DNA of 64,000 bases from an uncultured Chloroflexia bacterium (GTDB lineage Bacteria > Chloroflexota > Limnocylindria > QHBO01): positions 199,799-263,798 of the forward strand of contig CAWANT010000006.1 in NCBI GenBank assembly GCA_963783495.1, given 5' to 3'. Shown here piece after piece: positions 22,588 through 34,344 of the stretch; position 1 is the first letter of the stretch; every line of letters begins with the position of its first letter. The position numbers were made by a program, and so were the translations under genes. The notes beneath the pieces are model-generated. The model did not search any database and had not been told where the DNA came from. It was given only the letters and a program-made list of their open reading frames with translations.

Positions 22588-23344
22588 CCGCGCACCTGGA
22601 ACTCGATCTCCGTCGACGCCGATGCGGATCATGTCGCCCGGCCCCAGCGCGATCTCGTTGACCGGCTGCCCGTTCACGAACGAGCCGTTGCGGCTGCCCA
22701 GGTCGGCGAAGCCGTAGGCGCCGTGCTGCAGCTTCAGCTGGCAGTGGTGCCGGCTGACCAGCGCGTCGTCGACGATCACGTCGTTGTCGCTGGCGCGGCC
22801 GATGCTGATCAAGCGCGCCTCCCAGGTCGAACTGGACCGGCGGCGCGCCATCGGTCTTGACCAGCAGGTAGGCGCGCTGCGCGGAGTCGGGTGGCGGCGC
22901 CTCGGCGCCGGGCCTGGCGAAGACGACGGTGTCCGACGACGCCGGCATGGGCTTGTCGTCGCGCATGCGCGCGCCCTCGTCGTCCATGACGTTCGCCGCC
23001 ACGCGGACATCGCGCCGCGGGACCGATGCGTCGGACAGGATCCGGACGCGCGGGCGGGCGACCAGCGTGTAGCGCTCATGCCGCGCGCGACTGAGCACGC
23101 GATGTGCCAGATCGTCCTCCAGCGAGCCGCGATACGACGCGAAGGTCGTCGTAGTCGGCGGGGTGGAGGTGGAGGTGTACGCGTTCGGCACGATCACGCC
23201 GTCGTCGCGAAAGGAGCGGTTCGTATCCATGGCGCGCTCGATTCGCTTCTCCAGCGAGACCGGCTGCAGCGACGCTCCCAGGCGGCCCGCCGGCGCCTCG
23301 AACAGCCGCTCGAAGAAGGCTTCGAGCCGCGAGAGGATGCCCAT
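22584..23344 (-). CDS. fhaA: FhaA-like protein (DUF3662 N-domain + FHA domain; frame-disrupted)
   Basis: N-terminus MGILSRLEAFFERLFEAPAGRL...SLEKRIERAMD comes from ORF 22142..23344. The FHA part comes from ORF 22342..23079 (ISIGRASDNDVIVDDALVSRHHCQL...GSRNGSFVNG). My frame-shifted reading ends TEIEFQVRG*, overlapping the fhaB ATG (ATGA). Confidence 0.75.
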
Positions 23345-23510
23345 CGCCCGATCCTAGCACGGGGCGGCACGGTCCGGACGGCCCGGCGTGCCGGGGTACC
23401 AACGCCGCTGCCATCGGCCACCAATCCGGCCATAGGGCGTGCTGGAGGAGCGTCGGTATACTTTCGCTCCCTGAACGCAGACACCCGCATGGGACGCCGC
23501 CTTGACATCG

Positions 23511-24832
23511 ATGCCCGAAGCGCTAACTGAATCCTTCTGCGAGCGGTGCGGCACTCGGTACGAGTTCGCCGCCCCGACGCGAGCTGAACACCATGCGCAA
23601 GACGCGCGGGCTGATCTCCGGGCTCAAGAACTACATCATGAGCCAGGACGCCCTCGGCGACGCCGTCGGCGACGCGATGCGCAGCCAGGAAGAGGCGCTC
23701 GCCTCCCAGCAGCTCGAAGCGTTCCACGAGTCGTTCAACTTCTGCATCAACTGCCGCCAGTACACCTGCCCAACTGCTGGAACGACGACGCCGGCCGCTG
23801 CCGCACCTGCGTCCCGATCGCCGGCACCGACGACCTGCTGGAGCGCTTCGAGGCCTCGTTCCACGCGCAGCATCCGGAGATCGCCGCGGCCGCCGCCAGG
23901 CGGAGATGGAGCAGGCCGACCTCAACCGCCGGCTTGGCCTGGAGACCTGGCCCAGCGAGGACCTGGGGAACGCCCCGACCAATGGCGCCGAGCCCGCCTG
24001 GCCGGAGTCCGAGATGGCGCCCGCCGACATGACGCCCGCCGAGCCGGAGCCGATGGTGGCGGAGGTCGAGCCGGAGCCGGAGCCGATGGTTGCCGAGTTC
24101 GAGTCCGAGCCGGAGCCGGCGGTTGCAGACGCGGTCATGGCCGCCGCCGCCATTGATGCGGTCAATGCCGACGACTACCCGCCGCTCCGCATCCTCATGT
24201 GGGAAGAGGACGCGGCGATCGCCCTCGAGCCCGAGCCGGAGCCCGTCGTGGCCGAGGTCGAGCCGGAGGCCGAGCCCGTCGTGGCCGAGGTCGAGCCGGA
24301 GGCCGAGCCCGTCGTGGCCGAGGTCGAGCCGGAGCCGAGCCGTCGCCGCCGAGGTCGAGCCGGAGCCGGTGGTGGCCGCGGAGGTCCTCGAGCCGGAGCC
24401 GGTCATGCCGGCACCGGAGCCGATCCGTCCCGTCAGCGAAACCATCATCCACATGCCACAGCAGCTGCCGCCGCAGGCCGCCGGATGCGGACCGCGTGGC
24501 CGCCGAGGCGGAATCCCGCGTGGATCGCCGCCCGCAAGGCGCAGCTCGACCTGCTGGGGATCGGCGATCCGGGCGAGGGAGCCGTGGGTCCGGACCGCTC
24601 GAACGTCCTGCCATACCGCTCGAGCGGCGCATCGGTCTCCGCCAGGGAGATGGCCATCCGCACCGCCTCCGGGCTGCCGGCCCCTGGCGCCTTCTGGGAG
24701 GCTTCGGCGCGCGAGGTCGCCGGCGCCATGAGCCATGTCGGCGTCCAGTCGTGCGGCGAGTGCGGCCTGTCGCTCAGCGCCTCGGCGCGGTTCTGCCGGC
24801 GGTGCGGCACGCCGCAGGCCCGGTCGGCCTAG
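23511..24832 (+). CDS. zinc-ribbon protein with Glu/Pro-rich tandem-repeat linker (frame-disrupted)
   Basis: The N-terminus MPEALTESFCERCGTRYEF plus CINCRQYTCPNCWNDDAGRCRTC spans ORFs 23502.., 23593.. and 23502..24032. The EPEPxVAEVEPE repeats and the C-terminal CGECGLSLSASARFCRRCG are in ORF 23906..24832. Confidence 0.6.
24226..24410 (+). repeat. 33-bp in-frame tandem repeat (3 perfect + about 2 degenerate units) encoding EPEAEPVVAEV
   Basis: GAGCCCGTCGTGGCCGAGGTCGAGCCGGAGGCC occurs at 24239, 24272 and 24305. Degenerate units follow to ~24410 and older copies lie at ~24040-24130. One unit carries the indel that breaks the frame. Confidence 0.9.
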
Positions 24833-24847
24833 CCAACCAGTCGGAGC

Positions 24848-25197
24848 CTAGGCGGTCTCCTTCTTCCCGCCGTCCTTGGCGCGGCGCCGGCACCGGTGCT
24901 CGATCCGCCATCGCTCGATCCGCCGTCGCTCGAGTCCGCCGGACGCTCGGCTTCGTCTCGCTGCCCGACGGCGACTTGGCTGGGGCTGGGGAAGCGCTCG
25001 CGGTGGAAGACGACCCGGCGGAGCGTGAATCGGTCTTGTAGAAGCCGCTGCCCTTGAAGATGATGCCGGCCGGGAAGAACACCCGGCGGAGCTCGCCGCC
25101 GCAACGCTCACAGCGCTCGGGACCCGACTCCTGCATGGAGTGGATCACCTCGACGGTGTGTCCGCAGCTGGCGGCACTGGTAGTCATACGTCGGCAC
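24848..25197 (-). CDS. FmdB-family putative regulatory zinc-ribbon protein (frame break at codon ~9; 3' end uncertain)
   Basis: GTG CCG ACG TAT GAC TAC CAG TGC reads VPTYDYQC. One extra base follows, then ASCGHTVEVIHSMQESGPERCERCGGELRRVFFPAGIIFKGSGFYKTDSR in ORF 24774..25208. The low-complexity tail could end anywhere in 24774-24848. Confidence 0.7.
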
Positions 25198-25221
25198 GGC
25201 CGGCGCATGATCGCACAGGCG

Positions 25222-26466
25222 TCACCGCCCGGCGCGAAGGTCGATCAGGCGTTGCGAGGTGCGGGAGACGAGCTGGGCCAGCCACGAGCGCCGCTGTGGC
25301 GCACTGACCTTCGGGGCGTCGCCCTGGACCACGATGCGCGCAACGTCGTGGAGGTCGGTGGAGATCTTCTCGCGCGGGAACTTGGTGATCACCGGCTGCC
25401 CCTCGTTCGAGGCGATGACCGCCTTCGGCCCGTTCGACACCACGGTGGCGCTGACGGGCAGCCTGAGCACCTCCTCGATGTCGGGCAGCCGGATGCCGTG
25501 GTTGGCACGGTTCACGACGACGCGGACGATGTCGCCCAGGCCGACTTCGCGGGCCAGGCCCAGGAACTGCGCGCTGTTGCGACAGCGCACCGACCTCCGG
25601 CGTCACCACCAGCAGGATCTCGGTGGCCAGCGTCAGCATGGCCATGGTGCGGTCGTCGTAGCCCGGATGGGTGTCGACCACCACGTACGAGTGATGAGCC
25701 TTGGCCCAGCGCAGGGCGGCGAGCAGCAGGTCGACGCCCACGTTCTCGGAAGTCGGCCGGGTCGCTGCCCCAGGTCAGGACGCGAACGCCGGAGGGCTCG
25801 TGCGTGGCGACGCACTGCCTCGAAGGCGGCATCGGTCCATTCCTCGGGCGCGGAGTCGGCCAGGTCGGCCAGGCCCATGCGGTACTTGACCGCGAGCACG
25901 GAGGTGACGTTGCCGACGCCCACGTCGGCGTCGAAGAGGAGGACGTTGGCGCGCGTCTGCTCGCGCAGCGCCACGGCCGTGTTCACCGAAATGGTCGTCT
26001 TCCCGACCCCGCCCTTCGGGGCGAAGATGCTGATCACGCGGCCCTCGCCGATGATCGTGCCGTCCTCGGCCGTGGTCGTGGTGAGCGCGGCCTCGTCGCC
26101 GGGCAGGGCCTTGCCCGATCGGATGAGCAGCGCCTGCAGTCGGTAGACCAGCGCGTCGCTGGGGATCGGCTTGACCGCGTACTCGTCGCGGGTCGAGGAG
26201 GAGGTGGTCGCAAACTCGGGGATCTCGTCGCCGAAGAGGAGCAGCGTGGGAACCGGGGTGTCGCCATGGATCGCCGCATACAGCGGCTGCGTCATCTCCG
26301 CCGGGAGGTCGCAGTCGATCACGGCCAGATCGACGCGGCCACCATCGGTCAGGGTGGCCAGCGCCGCGGCGCTGTCGGTCAGTGTGTCGAAGCCGGCACG
26401 CCCCAGGTCAGCGGCGAGGCCGTTGCCGTTGTCGGCCATGGCCAGGAGGACGGTAGGACGCTCCAT
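25222..26466 (-). CDS. receiver-like domain fused to CpaE/MinD-type ATPase, second copy (frame-disrupted)
   Basis: ORF 25633..26466 gives MERPTVLLAMADNG...DLAVIDCDLP and then ISIFAPKGGVGKTTISVNTAVAL. It continues in ORFs 25184..25741 (YVVVDTHPGYDDRTMAMLTLATEILLVVTPE) and 25222..25590 (VVNRANHGIRLPDIEEVLRLPVSATVVSNG). Same architecture as 1405..2553. Confidence 0.8.
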
Positions 26467-26613
26467 CGGTTCCCTTCGGTGCGGTTAGAACGGTTGCGGA
26501 CCACACCACTATTGGGCGCACCCACCCGCACGACAATGGGACCAGGGCCCCTGAGGTTCCGCCGAAGGTACCGGCCCGTTGCGCCCCGGGCGACAGAAGC
26601 GGCCTCTGCGGAT

Positions 26614-27348
26614 TCAGGTCCGGCTCATGCGCATGCCGCACTTGGGGCAGTAGAACGCGCCGGCGCTCCCCGCCTCGAAGCCGCAATGCGCGCAGACCAG
26701 CCCGGAATGCCCGCCGATCGACGGCGCGCGGGCGGATTCGGCCGCTCCGAGGCTGTATCCCGACGCGATGACCTGCTGGTAGAGCGAGCTGAGCAGGCGC
26801 TGACCGATGCGATCGGTGTCGCCGCGCTGCCCCTTGCCGCCCCAGCCCACGACGGCGCGCACGACCAGCTCGCCAGACAGCTCATCCCAGTGGCTGGCCA
26901 GCCCGCCCACGATGGCGGCGTAGTCGGGATAGCCGCTGGTGTCCGTCTCGCCGTGCAGCAGCGCGCCGAAGAAGGTGTCGACCGTCATGTCCAGCGCATC
27001 GGTCTGATTCCAGCACGTAGAGGGCGTGGCGGCCGATCGGTCCCGTCTCGCGCCGCGCCAGCACCCACTGCTGCATCTCGTTGAATCGCTCCATGGTGGG
27101 CGCGGCGTCGCTGTACTCCATGGAGAGCGGCTCGATCGTCTCGACCGGGAGAGTTGGCCAGCGGCTCCACGATGCTCGGGCAGCATCGCCCGCACGGCCG
27201 GATCGGGCTGCATGCGCAGGCCGTCGCTCGACTTGGCCAGGTAGTTCAGCTTCAGCGAGTACTGCTGGGCTGAAACGTCTTCCTGGACGGGGCTGGGCGG
27301 CGGAGGCGCGGCCTCTTCGACCTTGCTCTTGCGGCGGAGGAAAGACAT
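26614..27348 (-). CDS. hypothetical protein with C-terminal zinc ribbon (frame-disrupted in the middle)
   Basis: ORF 26614..27348 is sensible at both ends (MSFLRRKSKVEEAAPPPPSP...; ...LVCAHCGFEAGSAGAFYCPKCGMRM). The middle is better read from ORF 26882..27121 (MEYSDAAPTMERFNEMQQWVLARRETGPIGRHALYVLE). Confidence 0.55.
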   Translation of the reverse strand: MSFLRRKSKVEEAAPPPPSPVQEDVSAQQYSLKLNYLAKSSDGLRMQPDPAVRAMLPEHRGAAGQLSRSRRSSRSPWSTATPRPPWSDSTRCSSGCWRGARRDRSAATPSTCWNQTDALDMTVDTFFGALLHGETDTSGYPDYAAIVGGLASHWDELSGELVVRAVVGWGGKGQRGDTDRIGQRLLSSLYQQVIASGYSLGAAESARAPSIGGHSGLVCAHCGFEAGSAGAFYCPKCGMRMSRT

Positions 27349-27435
27349 GCGAGGTCCCTTGGGGGTCAGCGCGGCCGATTCTAACAGCGGTACCCGCGCG
27401 CCCCGCGATAGCCCGATCGGGTCAGGCGAGCCGGA

Positions 27436-30104
27436 TCACGCGCCATCGGTCAGGCCGGCGAGCTGCGTCTTCATCTCCGCCAGCCGCTCGCGCTCGCGCT
27501 GCACGACGGCCGCCGGGGCGCGCTCGACGAAGCGGGCATCGCCCAGCAGCTCCTCAAGGCGCTGGATGCCCTGCCGCAGGTAAGCCTCGCGACCGGAGGC
27601 CGCAGGTTGAGCCTCCGCACGCTCCATCCAGGCGACGCCCAGGCCGCTGCTGGTGGCCGGCGCGCCGGGCGGTGCGGTCTCGCCAGGCCGCAGCTCGATC
27701 GGTCGCGCCCGCGCCATCGGCTCCAGGAAGCGAAGGGCCGTATCCAGGCCACGTGCCGCCGACCCGGCGGCCGGAGCGACCGCGAGCGGAATCCAGGCGC
27801 CGGCGGGCACGCCGGCCGCGGAGCGCAGGTTGCGCACGCCGCGCACCAGCTCGATCAGGTCGGCGACCTGCGCGTCGACGACGGCGTCGGCTTCGCCGGC
27901 CTGCGGCCAGCGGGCGCCGATGAGCAGCGGCTCGTGGTCGGTGAGCTGCCGGATCGAGGGCGTGCAGCCGGCTCCAGATCTCCTCCGTCACGAACGGCAC
28001 GATCGGGTGCAGCAGGCGCAGGGTGGCGGCCAGCGTGCCTGCGGCGCACAGCCAGACGCGCGAGCGCTCCCCGTCCGAGGCGTCCTCGCGGCGCAGCTCG
28101 AGCTTGGCCATCTCCAGGAACCAGTCGCAGTAGTCGCTCCAGGCGAAGTCGTACAGGCCGCCGGCGTAGCCGGCAGCATCCAGCTCATCCAGCTGGCGGG
28201 TCGCGCGCGCGGTGGCATCGGCCAGGCGCGAGCGGATCCAGCGCTCGGCCAGGCCGGCCTCGCCCGCCGGCTCGGCCGGCGGCTCCGGCCGCGAGCCGAT
28301 CACGAAGCGAGCCGCGTTCCACAGCTTGTTGGTGAAGTTGCGCGCGCCCTGGATCTTGGCCTCCGTGAGCCGCTGATCGCTGCCCGGCGATGTCCCGACC
28401 GTCAGCGAGAAGCGCAGCGCATCGGCGCCGAACTCCTCGACCAGTTCCAGCGGATCGGCCACGTTGCCCTTGGTCTTGCTCATCTTCACGCCGCCCTCGC
28501 CCCGCACGATGCCGTGCAGGAAGACGGTGTGGAACGGCTCCTCATCGGTCAGGAAGAGGCCCAGCATCATCATGCGGGCGACCCAGAAGAAGAGGATGTC
28601 GTAGCCGGTCTCCATGACCGAGGTCGGATAGAAGCGGCGGTAGTCCCGGCGTCTCGTCCGGCCAGCCCAGGGTGCTGAACGGCCACAGGCCGCTGCTGAA
28701 CCAGGTGTCGAAGATGTCGGTCTCCTGGGTCAGCTCCGCCGATGGCCGGCCGCACGTCGCGCAGGCATCGGGCCCCTCCTCGGCGTCGGACACGGTGATG
28801 TGGCCGTCCGGGCAGTACCAGGCCGGGATGCGATGTCCCCACCACAGCTGGCGACCCACGGCCCAGTCGTGGATGTTCTCCATCCAGTGGGCGTAGACCT
28901 TCTCGAAGTGGGCCGGCATGATGGTGGTGCGACCCTCCCGCACGCTGGCCAGCGCACGCTCGGCCAGCGGTCCGGTGCGCACGAACCACTGGATCGACAG
29001 GCGCGGCTCGACCACCGTGCCGCACCGTTCGCAGCGGCCGATGACCATCTGATGGGGCTGCTCTCCTTCGAGGTCGCCCGTGGCGGCCAGCCGCTCGACA
29101 ATGAGGGGGCGAGCCTCGTATCGATCCATGCCGGCGAACTCGCCCGCCTCGCCGTTCAAGCGAGCGTCCTCGTCCAGGACGTTGATGAGCGGGAGGTCGT
29201 GGCGCCGCCCCACCTCGTAGTCGTCGAAGTCGTGCGCCGGGGTGATCTTCACTGCGCCGGTGCCGAACTCGCGCTCTACATGCTCGTCGGCGATGATCGG
29301 CAGGCGCCGGCCCAGGAACGGCAGGATCGCTTCGCGGCCGACCAAGGCTCGATAGCGATCGTCCTCGGGGTGCACCGCCACCGCCGTGTCGCCGAAGATG
29401 GTTTCGGGGCGGGTGGTGGCGACCGTGATCCACGCCGCCGGATCGGGTGTGCCATCGGCCCGGGCGAGGTGGTAGCGAATGCTCCACAGCGTGCCGGCTT
29501 CCTCGTGCTTGATGTTCTCCAGGTCGCTGATGGTGGTGCGGCAGCGGGGGCACCAGTTGACGAGTGCCTCGCCGCGATAGGCGAGGTCCGCATCCCACAG
29601 CCGCTTGAAGGCGACGCGGACGGCCCGCGCGCTGCCGGCATCCATGGTGAACCGCTCCCGCGACCAGTCGGCGCTGGCACCCAGCCGACGCATCTGCTGG
29701 CCGATGACGCCGCGCGTCTCGTCCATGAACTGCCACATCCGCTCCAGGTAACGCTCGCGACCGAGCGACGCGCGGGTCTCCCCCTCCTCGCCGATGATCT
29801 TGTCCAGCACGAACTGCGCGGCAATGCTGGCGTGATCGACCCCCGGCACCCACAGCGTGTCGTCGCCGCGCATGCGGTGGTAGCGGATCAGCAGGTCCTC
29901 CAGCGTCACGAAGACCGCGTGGCCGTTGTGCAGCGCGCCGGTGATGTTGGGCGGCGGCATGGTGATCACGAAGCGCTCCGCCCCTGGCGGCTGCACTGGC
30001 GCTGGCGCGAAGGCCCCGCTCGCCAGCCATCGCGCATAGATGCCTGGTTCGATGGCGGCAGCGTCGTAGCGCGTCGGCAGATCTCGGCGCGTCGTCGTCG
30101 TCAT
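27436..30104 (-). CDS. valS: valine--tRNA ligase (two frame breaks, ~28646 and ~27950)
   Basis: ORF 28542..30191 from the internal MTTTTRRDLPTRYD carries PPPNITGALHNGH and TRPETIFGDTAVAVHP. ORF 27554..28615 carries METGYDILFFWVARMMM and VKMSKTKGN. ORF 27436..27846 gives the coiled-coil tail. The break at 28645-28647 is CCC where CC restores WPDETPDYRRFYPTSVMETGYD. Confidence 0.95.
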
Positions 30105-30107
30105 CGG

Positions 30108-30350
30108 TCTGGCTCCTTCGCGAGGGCAAGCAGAAGCCCGTCCGCCGAAGGACGAACGGGCTCGTCGTGGTACCACCTTCGTTCGGTGCACTGGCTCGAC
30201 CGATGCACCCTCGTATCCCGCGGTATCGGGCGGACCCGGCCGGCTCGCGTGCGACCTTCCCCCTCTCGTTCCCAGGCGGGCTTTCAGCCCGTGGCTCGCC
30301 CTCTCTTGGGGGCCGATGGAGGGGTACTCCTCACGGTCAGCGCCGTGCCA
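30108..30350 (-). promoter_or_regulatory. T-box leader of valS with GUC (Val) specifier
   Basis: My reverse-strand reading shows:
- AGAGAG
- GGGCUGAAAGCCC
- specifier-loop-like GGGAAG-GUC-GCA, with GUC at 30255..30253
- T-box sequence GAAGGUGGUACCACG at 30180..30166; its UGGU can pair with the ACCA end of a tRNA with A73
- hairpin GCCCGUUCGUCC-UUCG-GCGGACGGGC
- GAAGGAG Shine-Dalgarno sequence 9 nt before the ATG. Confidence 0.75.
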
Positions 30351-30418
30351 TGGAGTGTATCACCGCAGCGCCCTGGCGCCCGACTCGAGGGCATCGCGTG
30401 AACCCGGCTCGCCTAAGG

Positions 30419-31665
30419 TCAGCGCGCGCGGCTGAGGGTGACGACCAGCGTCCCGTCCGTGTCCTCGACCGTGGCGGAGGGGCCTTCCACGCTCTGCACG
30501 GCGCCGACCATGTCGAAGTCCGCCGCATGACTGGCGCGGTACACGAACTCGCCGGTGGGGCCGAGCGACAATGTCACGCCGCGCACACCCTCGACGCGCT
30601 CGAGCGCCTGCTTGAAGCTGGTGATGGCGCCGAAGCTGCCCAGCCCCTTGACGATGACCGCGGTGGACGTCTCGCTGCCGTTCGCCGGCGCGGGCGCTGC
30701 GGCGGCGACCGGCTGCGTGCCGCCGGCGATGCGCTGGTCGAGCTGCGCGAGTCGCGCGGCCAGGCGGTTGTCGGTCCCGGCATCGGGCACTTCCGGCGCG
30801 GCCTCGGCCAGCCGTCTCGGCGGTGCCTTCGGCCTCGGCAGTGGTCGCTGCATCGGCGCCGGCCTCGGCTGTCTCGCCGATCGCGGCCATGCGCGGGTCA
30901 TCGGCTGGGACCGCCACATCGGCGGCGGCGTGCCTCGGCCGGCGGTGTCGCGCTGTTCAGCTCAGGTGCGCGGGGCATGCGCTTGGCCGCGGCCACGAAC
31001 GCCGCCGGGTCGCTGATCTCGCCCAGCTGGGCGAAGAACGCCGCCAGGTCACGCTCGTGGTCGGCGAGCCGTGCGCGGGTCGCCTCGATATCGCGCTCGC
31101 TGGCAGCACGGTGCTCCGACACTTGCTGATCCACCTTGGTGCGGCGCGCGTCACGCCGCGTCTCGGCCTCAGACTTGATCCGCTCGATCTCGTCGTGCTC
31201 CCAATCCGCGACCCCCTGCAGGTCGAGGTCAGCGGCCCGCCGCAGGTCGGCTTCCTTCTCGGCGGCCGTGGCGTTGAGCTTCTCGATGTGCGCGTCGACG
31301 GCGGTGCGCAGGTCGGCAAGGCTGGCGTCGCGTGAGCTCTCGGCCACGCCGCGCATGGCGCCGACCAGGCTGACCAGGAACTCGCTCGACCCGCCTTCCG
31401 GCATCACGTCAGCGGCATGGGTGTCTGACGTCGCCCCGCGTGGCTCGTCGGCCGGCGTCTCGGTCACCGTCGTCTCAGGAGCCGACGGCTCGCGGGTCTG
31501 GGCGTCGCCGGTCTGGGCCTCGGCCGGGGCGTCGGGGGTCATGGTGTCGACCGCGCTTGTCGCGGTCTCGCTGGCGGCCTCATCGTGCTGCACGTCGTCC
31601 TCGCCCTGCTTGTCATTGGCGGTCCAGGAGAGTCGGAAGCCCGTCCGCCGTCGGTCCATGCCCAT
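30419..31665 (-). CDS. hypothetical Ala/Asp/Glu-rich coiled-coil protein (one frame break ~30900)
   Basis: ORF 30898..31665 (acidic N-terminus, then [53 protein letters not shown]) joins ORF 30419..30919 (C-terminal [45 protein letters not shown]). Confidence 0.5.
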
Positions 31666-31802
31666 GCTGGTGATGCTGCCTCCTGCACGCCGTTGGTTGG
31701 CGCGCTGCGTTGGGCCATGCTAGCCCGGCCCATGCTCGAAGGCGCAGCGACCCGAAGTACCGCCTTGGAACGCCGGTAGTACCAACCGGGTCGGTTGCTA
31801 CC

Positions 31803-32443
31803 ATGCGCCCGATGTTCGCCGAGACATGGCCCGACGTGGCCCTTCAGGTCGTCCTGATCGTCCTCGCCGCGGTGGCCGCCTACGTCGCCATCCGCATTGC
31901 CGTGGCGACGGCGGTGCGCCATCTGATCGCGCGGCGCACCGAAGATGCAGACGCCGGCAATCTCAGCCAGGTCGAGCTCGCGCGCCGCGTCACGACGTTG
32001 GGCCAGCTGCTGGTGAAGATCGCGGCCGCGGTGATCGTGATCGTCGCGACGCTGATGGTGCTGGAGGCGTTCAGCGTGGACATCGGTCCGGCCATCGCGG
32101 GCCTTGGCATCGCCGGCCTGGCGGTCGGCTTCGGCGCCCAGGCCTTGATCAAGGACTGGCTGTCGGGCATCTTCATCGTGGCCGAGAACCAGTACAACGC
32201 GGGCGAGCACGTCCGCATCGCCGGGGTGGAGGGCGTGGTCGAGGATTTCAGCCTGCGACGGACCATGCTGCGGGACGAAGACGGTTCCGTGCACCACGTG
32301 CCGAACGGCCAGATCATCGTGGCCTCGAACCTGAGCCGCGGTCGCCATGCCGCACCGGCCAAGGTGGGATTCGGCGCCGGGTCGAGCGCCGCAGGCGCCA
32401 GCAGGGACGCGAAGGACTCGGAAGGGAAGCCGCCGGAATCGGC

Positions 32444-32447
<4 letters not shown>
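31803..32447 (+). CDS. small-conductance mechanosensitive channel family protein (short C-terminus)
   Basis: In ORF 31710..32447 the internal start [12 protein letters not shown] leads into TM helices and the pore-lining [32 protein letters not shown] plus a beta domain. The usual C-terminal alpha-beta domain is absent or lost to an indel. Confidence 0.7.
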
Positions 32448-33755
<1,308 letters not shown>

Positions 33756-33827
33756 GCGGGCCCGAGAATAGCACGCGCCCGCGCGCAAACCCCCATGGCC
33801 CGATGGTCGTGGGATGCTTGACGCGCC

Positions 33828-34322
33828 ATGCCTGAGCCGATCGCGATCGGGTCCGTCGACACCGCCTGGGGACCGATGCAGCTCGCCACCACGCCACGCG
33901 GCATCCTGCTGATCGGGCGCGGTGATGATCCCGCGCCACTGCTCGCCGCGGTGCAGCGACGCCTGCCACGCGCCGATCTGGACGGCACGCGGCCCGCCCA
34001 GGCGGAGTGGCTGGCCGCATGGGTCGCCGGCGAGCGGCGCGACCTGCCGCCCGTTGACCTGCGCGGCCTGTCGGACTTCGACATGGCGGTCTACCGGGCC
34101 GTCCGCGAGATCGGCTGGGGCGATCGCGCCACGTACCGCGACATCGCGATGACCGTCGGACGCCCGGGCGGCGCGCGCGCGGTCGGCGGGGCGATGGCGC
34201 GCTGCCCCATCTTCCCCGCCGTCCCATGCCACCGCGTGGTGCGCGCGGCCGACGGCTGGAGCGGCTGGGGGGCCAGCGGCGACGCGCGCAAGCGCGTCCT
34301 GCTCGATCGGGAAGCGCGTTGA
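33828..34322 (+). CDS. ogt: methylated-DNA--protein-cysteine methyltransferase
   Basis: Intact 164-aa ORF with [38 protein letters not shown]; PCHRVV is the active site. Confidence 0.85.
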   Translation: MPEPIAIGSVDTAWGPMQLATTPRGILLIGRGDDPAPLLAAVQRRLPRADLDGTRPAQAEWLAAWVAGERRDLPPVDLRGLSDFDMAVYRAVREIGWGDRATYRDIAMTVGRPGGARAVGGAMARCPIFPAVPCHRVVRAADGWSGWGASGDARKRVLLDREAR

Positions 34323-34344
34323 CGGGGTCGCCTAGCATCGGCAC

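Noticed and set aside
24040-24410. Possible CRISPR array, given regularly spaced ~33-bp repeats
   Set aside because: The units are directly abutting with no spacers, are in frame within a protein gene (EPEAEPVVAEV), and no cas genes are present.
25054-27084. 676-aa plus-strand ORF
   Set aside because: It is antisense to the FmdB gene, receiver-ATPase copy 2 and the zinc-ribbon gene. It has no recognisable domain and a low-complexity Arg/Gly composition.
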